A stretch of DNA of 63,166 nt, the filler included, from Collodictyon triciliatum (lineage: Eukaryota), in assembly GCA_043381765.1 (NCBI GenBank). It is 4 parts of 4 records of this genome, joined end to end, with 100 filler letters (N's around TTAATTAATTAA, not from the genome) between each part and the next. Parts side by side here need not be neighbours in the genome. Positions count along the whole stretch, not along the records: positions 43,956 to 53,381 come from JBHJMP010001190.1; positions 53,482 to 63,166 come from JBHJMP010001201.1; 2 more parts are not named here. One strand, written 5' to 3'. The notes under the pieces were generated by a model. It saw only the letters and a list, made by a program, of their open reading frames with translations. It had not been told where the DNA came from and ran no database searches. The translations under genes were made by a program, and so were the position numbers. This document shows, in pieces, positions 48,300 through 63,166 of this stretch. How positions within the stretch are numbered: the stretch's first letter is position 1; the number at the start of each line of letters is the position of its first letter.

Positions 48300-50588
48300 A
48301 TATGTAAATACCTGGAGGTGGGTGTAGGATTCCGTAAACTTATGGCCAAGTAAGACATTTTGTGAGGATTGAAGGGATTTTCGGGTGTTTGCATAGAATG
48401 TGTGAAGAAGCATTCGCACTCGAGCTGCGTCTGGTAGAGGACCTCTTAGTTGCGAGCGGCTTGCACTCAAGGGTGTTTCAGGGAAAAAAGAGTAGAAGAA
48501 CCGGGGGTCGAGATTGAGATATACGAAGCTACAAGTGTATGAAAATCGCATGATTCATCTTGTAGTTGGTGTTCTTGGTCTGGGTTATTGGAAAGGAAAG
48601 ATGAAACTTGTACATTATTTGCTTTATTTCATATCGAATACAATATTCAGTAAAAGCATTCTTATGGCTAAGTTCAATATATTAGCATTTAGAAAGGCTG
48701 TACGGAGCATATGTCCTGAGTGAACATGTGATTATGTACGAAGAAAACAAAACCCTATAACACCAGCATCAAATACTAAAGATGGAGGGATTCCGGCCTC
48801 CGCATAATCTAGCGATGAGCGAATCAGGGGCAGCTGGGGAACAAATATTTTCTCCAGAATCTGTTGACAAAAAGACATGTTATAGTAACCACTACAGCAT
48901 CAAAGGTGTAAAAAAAAATTATAATTTTCAAGAGTCCCATGCAACCTCATGTTGCTTTTTTCTTTCGGAAAAAAAAAGGAGTTATTTCGAATAGATATTG
49001 GCAAAGAAGTTTAACCCCCTTTATGTTATCTGACATTCTACCTTGTTCTGGATTTTGTTCAAGTCTGGCTCAGGTCCGCAGAGGAGAACCAGCTCCACAT
49101 GGGGGACAAACAAGAATGTCATAAACCGAAAGGGCACCTGTACGGAAGAAACTGCTTATAGATTCACAACTAGTGTAGACGTTCAGCATCAAATTGTGCG
49201 AGGAAGAAGTAGATCAAAAGATAAGAATGCTACCTTGGGATTTGTATGAGGCAAATAAACAGGAATGTCTCTGGATGTTGCCGGAGGAAACGATTTGAGC
49301 AGTAGTGAGAGAAGTGTAAGTTCTTGAGGATGCAGCGACCACCTTAATATACAATAAATATTGAGCTGAATAATGTCCTCTATTGTCAGATTACTGAGTA
49401 TTGCTTCATTTCTTGTAGTACATATCGTTCATATTTTGTCAGTTTTGATACCAGTCAGGCGTTGCAGCGGCTATTTTCCCCTCGATGTAAAGGCACACGT
49501 GCGATGCGCTTGTAGTAGTGGCAAATTCTTGAACAGCAGTGCGAAGGCGAAGAGGAACATCAATTGTGGTTTCTTGCTGATAGTTCGTTTGATTGGTGTG
49601 GGATGCCACCACGATTAACATCGTGGTTTGTGAAAATAACGTTGTGATACGATTCTTAACACGTTCATGGAGAATAATTCAATAGACACATTGTTTGTCT
49701 GGATTTTTTTTTTAAAAAAAAAAAGGAAGAAAATGTAACCTCAATCACGTTGCCCAAGACCAAAACTTCGGGTGCATGCAAACAAGTTGATATGGGGAGC
49801 TGATCGACGCGAAGAAACAAGTCCAGAAGATCGTAAGAAGCCTTAAAGCGTTTAAAAAAAAGAAAATGTCAATTACTTTTTTTGTAGGGATATGACTTGG
49901 ATCGCATTTGAAAATCTTGCTAATTCGTTACACGATACTTTTAGGCTCTTCTTCAGTAAATCGGCATTCTGGGCTTCCGTTATTCCTTTGAGGCCCACCA
50001 TCATCACCATCGAGTGGAAAACTAACTCCAGCAACTCTGGCCGAACAATCGTGCTGGATGTTGTCAGAACGAGGAGGATGCTATCATGGAATGATTGGAA
50101 GAGCATCCGGGAGTCTCTTGTCCTACACAAGGTTCAATTTTATTTTATATCCAGACGCAAAGAACGCCTCATTCTAACACATGACTATGCCAGTGTGGAA
50201 TTTGGAGGGAATATTATGGTTTGCAAGGAGAGCATCATTATTCACACACAAAGAGAAACTGCCCCACCGAGGAAGAGCCCAAAAAACGACAACATATAGA
50301 ACGGCTTATGTGCCTTTTTCTGTCTTCGGTCTTACAATATGCTCCAACGAAACGAAAGAAGTGAACACATATAAATGTGACTTGAGAAAGAATAAATAGA
50401 GAATAATATAGGAAGGAAAAGGCAAGGCGAACAAACTTTATTTCTTTGAGTGGCGTGTCGAACTGCTTGCTGGTGTGGAGGAGTGCGTGGTACAGGCCAA
50501 GGTGAGCGAACTCAGAACTTGGAACTCCGTTTGCTCGGCCGATAAGCGGGACGCCGTTGCTGTCTATCACGGCCAGAGATGCGACCAT
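48300..50588 (-). CDS. Fuzzy-like (CPLANE) longin-domain protein, multi-exon
   Basis: N-terminus LAVIDSNGVPLIGR, and LVFHSMVMMVGLKGITEAQNADLLKKSLK|ASYDLLDLF, resemble animal Fuzzy longin 1. 3' end uncertain. Confidence 0.65.
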
Positions 50589-51038
50589 GTCCTCCGAGGT
50601 CTTGACAGTTCTCGGACGTTGCTGGTTGTTTGCTTTTTCTCCATGAAACTGTCTGCTGCGGAGGTTGATTCACAGAACTGCGCACAACAAGAGCAATTTC
50701 GCCGCTCTGGTGTTTTCATAGTCCGGATTCATGGAGTGCTAGACTTTTGGACTCCAGTTGGGTTGACCTCTAATAATATATCCACATTAGGCATCCAACC
50801 CATTTCGTCGCACAAACACATATTACAAAGATAATTATATTTTTGTGAGCTCGACAATTAAACTGACTTTCACAAAACTAGCCATCGCGATGCTCTGCAT
50901 GCGCACTCTCAAAGACCCAAACACAATTACTCCCACACAACAGTTCATGTCCGAAGTTAGTAATTTTTTTTATTCTCATTTCGACCGGTTCATATCCGAT
51001 GCAGACGTTCTGCATATGCACTAAACTTCTGAAACAGA

Positions 51039-52290
51039 ATGTATCACGGGCAGCCTTCTCCTGCCTGCGAGGCTTGGACACCCGAGCAGGTTCACCAATA
51101 CCTCCGGGACCATGAGTTTGACGAGCAGTCGTGCAGCTCCTTTCTTGCTCGCCGTATCGAAGGGAGGCAGCTCGCTCGTCTTCTGCTATCTGACCTTTGC
51201 CCGCCTCTTTTCATGGGAGACCCAGCCTCTCGAGATCGCTTGTTTGGGCTTATCCAGCAGCTAGCTCAAGGCCAGTTGGTGTATCCTCCACGGAGCTACC
51301 CTCAACAATATGGACAACCCGTGCAACAATACGGACAGCCTGTGCAACAATATGGACAGCCTATGCAACAATACGGACAGCCTGTGCAGCAATACGGACA
51401 GCCTGTGCAACAATACGGACAGCCTGTGCAGCAATACGGACAGCCTGTGCAACAATATGGACAGCCTATGCAACAACAAACTGTTGTTGTTGTCGCCGTC
51501 CAGCCCCAATTGTTGGAAGATGTCAATGAGCGCTCTGACTGGGGCCATCTGACAATTAGCAGAACTTCTGGGTCTTTTTTCCCGTAAGATTTTATCGCGA
51601 TGAGATGGATTTGGAAGCCGACAAACCACTCAATGGTGTTGCAATACATGTAAATAAATACCTATTCATACTGCTCCCGAAAGTTTAAGATGCATAAATG
51701 TCCTGACTACTTTTTCTTTAGGAATTGGTCCAGCAAGCGCTTCATCACGATTCCAATAGTTTTTTTTATCATCGTAGCCGTGATTATCATTAACCTTGTT
51801 ACATCAGACTTTATTTATCCAGTCATTATACCAGCTGCTTTCTTGGTCTTTTATGTTACTTACATCTGCGTGTATGTCAAAAAGATTCACACATTTTGGT
51901 TCGAACCCAGTAAGGTATTCACTACTTCTTTTCAAAGGTTATACATAAGTGTACCTAATTTTGCATGGTTTCATTTATTTTCCTAGATACTCTTGTCCAT
52001 CAACAAAATAAATTTCACAGTTCCGATGCAAGAATATATTTGGTTCGTACCATGAGTTTAACAGCTCTGATATCCAAAGCGTGTTTGCCTGCGAGATGGT
52101 CAGTCGAAGCAAAAACAGGTCTTATATCATCGGCTACAAGCTCCGCATCCGCCTTAAAGTACCTAGCTACTCGAATCATCTGGACGTCGACATGCCTATC
52201 AACCCGCCTGAAAGAGCAATTGAAATGGCTCGTCTGCTCGCCTCGCTTCTGAATGCCCCGTTTGTGAGCGAAATCCAAAGAGAAAATTAA
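51039..52290 (+). CDS. SAM domain + (QQYGQPV/M)x8 + two-TM protein, three exons
   Basis: SAM-like WTPEQVHQYL...IEGRQLARL..SDL. Exons ~51039-51583, ~51722-51909 (two hydrophobic helices) and ~51987-52290. Confidence 0.7.
51303..51470 (+). repeat. 21-bp coding tandem repeat x8
   Basis: Encodes QQYGQP(V/M), with synonymous variation between units. Confidence 0.93.
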
Positions 52291-53381
52291 CCAAGCACTG
52301 ACCTACTTGTCGATGAGAAATTACTCAGCAACTCACGCTGGTGGTGCAAATTGGATTAATTTGCATACACAAGCGCGCCCACCAGCAGTTGAAAGCGCTG
52401 GCTGTGGTTGAGAATAAATCACAGAAACACCAATATCGATATAAAAAAAAATGTGGATGCGCCATATTGGTGATGCGAAGCCATCCACGTCGTATGTCTA
52501 ATCCCTGCTTGTGGGATATCTTTGTTACTGTTTCTTGTGTTGTGATTCTACAACAAACAAAAAAATATTTTCCAAAGCGAGCTCGGGTATATACATGTGG
52601 AAGATTATTTTTTTTTTATTCTTCCTTTCAATTTTGTGCAGGATAGTGGAGATGTTGGCTTTGGTTCGCTAGCCATCGTATATACATGTGGAAGATATTA
52701 ATTTTATACATAAATGGCACACTTGAGCTGATTTAGAACAAAGGGGAACTTCAAGGATATTAACATATTAGTACTATTATGATCTAGTTTTCATTCTGGG
52801 TTCTGTCCATATTGGTTCATTCAACAAGAGTTTTGGCGCGTTTAAGTGATTGAATTCAAACATATTCCCTCTTCTTCGGTGTCTTTTGCTTTTTCTAAGC
52901 GTTCAATCAATTGATCCGCTCAAAGAAAACACTCGTGGTCTGTGGCAGAGCTGTGGTGCGCGTGGTGTTCTCTCAATTAAGGGCCTCATATAAGAGTTTT
53001 ATGCAATTCGCACCCAAGCAAATGAAGCGAGGAGAATGCCACAGACGCAGACTTCCTGCCGAGGCGGAATCGCTGTTCTCGCTTGAGAGTTCATGATTAT
53101 TTTGTTTTTGTTTTTGTTTTTGTTTTGGCTTATGGAAAGCTCCATTTTCTCTTTCTCTGAGTTGTTGCTCTTCGTGCTCTTCTGCTTGCTTTCTAATGAC
53201 TGGAGCTTTGATTTGAGTGAGTTCCCCCTCTCAGAAGCCTTTCTCACACTGACTTTATTATGTTGGCAGACAGGACTTTCAGAATATGAGCTACGTTGAT
53301 CCAGGTAAAAAAACAAAAAACAAAAAACAAAAAACAAAAAACAAAAAACAAAAAACAAAAAACAAAAAACAAAAAACAAAA

Positions 53382-53481
53382 NNNNNNNNNNNNNNNNNNN
53401 NNNNNNNNNNNNNNNNNNNNNNNNNTTAATTAATTAANNNNNNNNNNNNNNNNNNNNNNNNNNNNNNNNNNNNNNNNNNNN
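53382..53481. other. Artificial contig-joining spacer
   Basis: N44-TTAATTAATTAA (53426-53437)-N44. Confidence 0.97.
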
Positions 53482-53583
53482 AAAGCATAAAAGCATAAAA
53501 GCATAAAAGCATAAAAGCATAAAAGCATAAAAGCATAAAAGCATAAAAGCATAAAAGCATAAAAGCATAAAAGCATAAAAGCA
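53482..53583. repeat. (AAAAGCAT)n microsatellite at contig edge
   Basis: Read directly. Confidence 0.93.
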
Positions 53584-54089
53584 GAAAGGCGGGAAAGCGT
53601 AAATGAATACAAGCGGAGGAAAGGTGGGTTTAAAGCTTGACAGAGATCGCGGATGTGTTTCAACTCCGTCTCGCCTCAATTAGGATATTCACTGTGAATT
53701 ATATGACTGACACCTTTATTTGGATTATGCGTGAGTATTTTACTTCAATTGTCTATCTTTGATATGATTCAGGAACATGTATAAATATGGAATAATTAAC
53801 AAATGTTTCTGAAAAATAATGCAAAACTTGAAGTCCCAGATGTAAACAATCTAAAAAAAGAGTTTGGTATGATTACATCCTTTGGTTGGCCACCACCCAA
53901 AGACACCAAAGCAAAGCAAAAAAGAGGCACGGCGGATACGAGGATGATGGCGGAGGGAGAATTCGTACGCTGGGTCAAACAACGACATGGGGCTGTATCC
54001 TTTTTTATTCGAATACTATAGAATTATTCTGGATTTTCTTGGGGTCTCCTTGAAAAAGGTTCTTTTCCTTTTCCAATTTTTGGCGTGTG

Positions 54090-60420
<6,331 letters not shown>

Positions 60421-63166
60421 TGTAAATAGTGCACAATAAAGGATTTGAAAATGGAACATAAACACAAAGTAATTCGATCGTGTCCAAATTAACAAGTTAC
60501 CATATCTTGGATAGCTCTGGGTAGTCTTTGTCGTGAAACGCGTGCATATTGACCTCTGATTGATCGCCTACTCCCCTCTTCAACAGCCATAGTCAATCTA
60601 TGGGGCCATATGTGTTTATTAGCTACATAAACAGAGATTAACGGAACAAACCCCAGTTTCTATATCTAGACATACGAGTACATAATTCTATTAAATAGTT
60701 TATAAAAATTACGATTTATGAACGACTCGACGAAAATCAAAGCATTCAGGTTGTATTTCAGATAAATCATATCCAACACAATTGAATGGGATGCTGTCGA
60801 ACTAGAGAATTGAAAAAGAAGCGAAGTTTCTATACATGTTTTCCCCTTGTTTTCTATATATTGTATTAAATCAATCATATCCTGGAAAGAATTGAACCTC
60901 CGGGGGATTATGTATGGCCTAGAGGATTATTTTTTTTTTTAAAAAAAAACTAAGCAAGGTCATCATAACTAACGTAAATTGTATATTAGAAAATACCTTT
61001 AATTGGTCCAAGTAGCTTTTTGGTCCAAAAGGATGAGCGAATCCTTCAAAAGTTTTATGAATAACTGCCCTTGAGGACGAGTCGGCAGTCAATATTCGGT
61101 AGAGTTCAGAGTCATGTTGCTTAATAATTAAAGACCTGCATATAGAAACTAATGTTAAACTATTGTCCGTTTTCATTTTCATTTTAAAAATTGAGGACAA
61201 TGAATTCAAAATAACTAGCCTGTCATTTTTCTGGTCCATCAACATAAAAATATTGTTTTTTATGTTCTCAGAGAATATTTCACAGTCCTCAGAGCTAAGT
61301 CAGTGAGAATCCAAAGGAATTAAGTAAGTCAATGCATATCTATCCGAAAATGTGATTTAGAATTAACATATGTCTTACTTTTTTATAATGATTTTTTTCC
61401 TATTGATCAATAGAGTCGCGTTGATTGAAGTTTCCTCCTTTATAGTAAGAAAGGTGGATTGCAACATGAGTAACTCGTAAGATTGTCTGCCTTAAAAAAA
61501 CAAAAAAAAGTTGAAAGAAAATAAAAGAAACGAGTACTACACTTTGAAAGGAAAAAAAGGGGATCTATTTCATGTCAATTTCTTCGATGAAATATATATA
61601 TATATTGAGTACGACATTTAGCCCATGTCAAAGGAATTCAAAGTAGCTAAAAATCATGCTTTTTTTTTTCATGCATTATTTTTCTTTTAAGAAAATTCAA
61701 ACATGCAGCAATTCAATTGTGAACTGAGGTTCTTTGATGAGCAGATATGCCGAAAGATCCTCAACGAATGACCCCTTTCGAGTTACTGAATTTCTTATTT
61801 CAGACGGAGGTTGTGCTGAATCTTGATTAAATAATGGAGATGATGAAAATGTCGTTGAAAATCTCTTGGACGGCTCTCTCATTGAACGGTTTCCTAGGAT
61901 ACAATGGCGAGCAAGAAGGTAAACATTACATAATTTAAATAGAAAAGGGCATATGAACAGCAGAAAATTCACGAGTTTTTTTTTTTTTTTTGTGATCAAG
62001 TTTTAATAAAACCTTGGTCGGGTTTCAGTTTTCTGGTATTTCTGTCCGGCTGTTGATAAACACTACGAATGTAATGCATTTTCGATGATGTTGCGAAACG
62101 ATGTAATGACGAGAGCGAATGTATTTTTTTTTTTTTTTATGGAAACCGTGAAACAATAAAATAAACACACATATCAAACAGTGCTTACCCAGGTATAGAA
62201 TCCTGCGAAACACTTCTATTTTTCAGGGGCAGAGGTGATTCCTTCCCCGGAGAAAAGAATGAAAAAGTGTCAAAGATGGATGTTGGGCGAATGTGATCTC
62301 TTGCTGATGTATGCGATTTTTGCGCCAACTCAAAAGCGTTTTCATGAAGTCCGACATGAATTATATCCCGAAGAGTTTGGGGAAGAGTCTTAAAGCAATT
62401 GTGTAAGTACTTTATGAGTATTTCTTTCGGGTTAAAGGGTATTTTCACAATTTATGAAATATATTAGAATTTTTTAAAAAAAAAGTAGTGTAAAATTCAT
62501 AGCTAACTACCAAATTAGTTGGGAGGGAATCATCCCGTGACCGAACCCAAAAAGTGGGTATCCTGTTTGTCATGCGATAAATCTGTAGATACGGAATTTG
62601 TTTCCTAACAATCCCATGATTCAATACTTTAGTGACTGGTAGAATACACCTAAGAGTAATCAGAAGGAGATATATATAGCTATGCACTTTGTATGTAAGT
62701 TGAGAAATTGGAAAGTTATATTTGCCGTACAAAAGGGTAGTCTTTTGGCATAACTCCGAGACCAAAACTTCTTCGTATCCATTTGTGATAATAAGATCAC
62801 TCTCCATATCAGTAATGTTACTAATTTTGACAATGGAGCATATTAGCCAAATATCCGAATATGATATTGTTTTCTTTCTTTCTTTTGTTCGATTTTGTTA
62901 CTTTATTTTACCATTCCTTTGGCAAGCTGTCAAGAAATTCTGATATGAATGTCCCGATACTGGTATAGCCGTTGTATGGAAAATTCATAGCAATATTCCA
63001 AGAGGAGTGACAAAACAAAACATGAATGTTCATAGCCCCTTTGATTGTCTGTTTCAATATGAAGTTAGAATGGGCAGAATTTCCTCCATTTACATTTGAA
63101 GTACCAATAAATATCCTTGAGTCAATCAAAAAAAAAAAAAAAAAAAAAAAAAAACTTGGGATTAAA

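Overview
The window is not one continuous locus. It is four unrelated contigs joined by artificial 100-nt spacers (44 N + TTAATTAATTAA + 44 N at 21882-21981, 43856-43955 and 53382-53481). Segments 1-21881, 43956-53381 and 53482-63166 are intron-rich, microsatellite-rich DNA of a unicellular eukaryote, probably flagellated. They encode a TSNAXIP1_N-like protein, a multi-pass membrane protein, a RasGAP-GRAM-cNMP-GRAM-cNMP protein, serine O-acetyltransferase, organellar SHMT, a TKL kinase fragment, a TPR protein, a Fuzzy-like longin protein, a SAM/Q-Y-G-P repeat membrane protein and a class I-like PI3K. Segment 21982-43855 is bacterial and carries a 106-bp exact direct terminal overlap, so it reads as a complete circular plasmid of about 21,768 bp, probably from a Bacteroidota bacterium. 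Its backbone comprises a Toprim primase, an iteron/DnaA-box origin, RepA, ParA plus a small partner with 12-bp-periodic centromere-like arrays, and a serine resolvase with res-like sites. It also carries a candidate structured RNA, an AbiE-type toxin-antitoxin pair, a three-gene Lamassu/ABC-3C defence operon and two convergent membrane proteins (one with LysM). Its most unusual part is a MOBF mobilisation module (relaxase-helicase, small partner, coupling ATPase without a membrane anchor, polytopic membrane protein) with no type IV secretion channel genes. All family calls come from motif recognition by eye; no searches were run. Eukaryotic gene boundaries are approximate.
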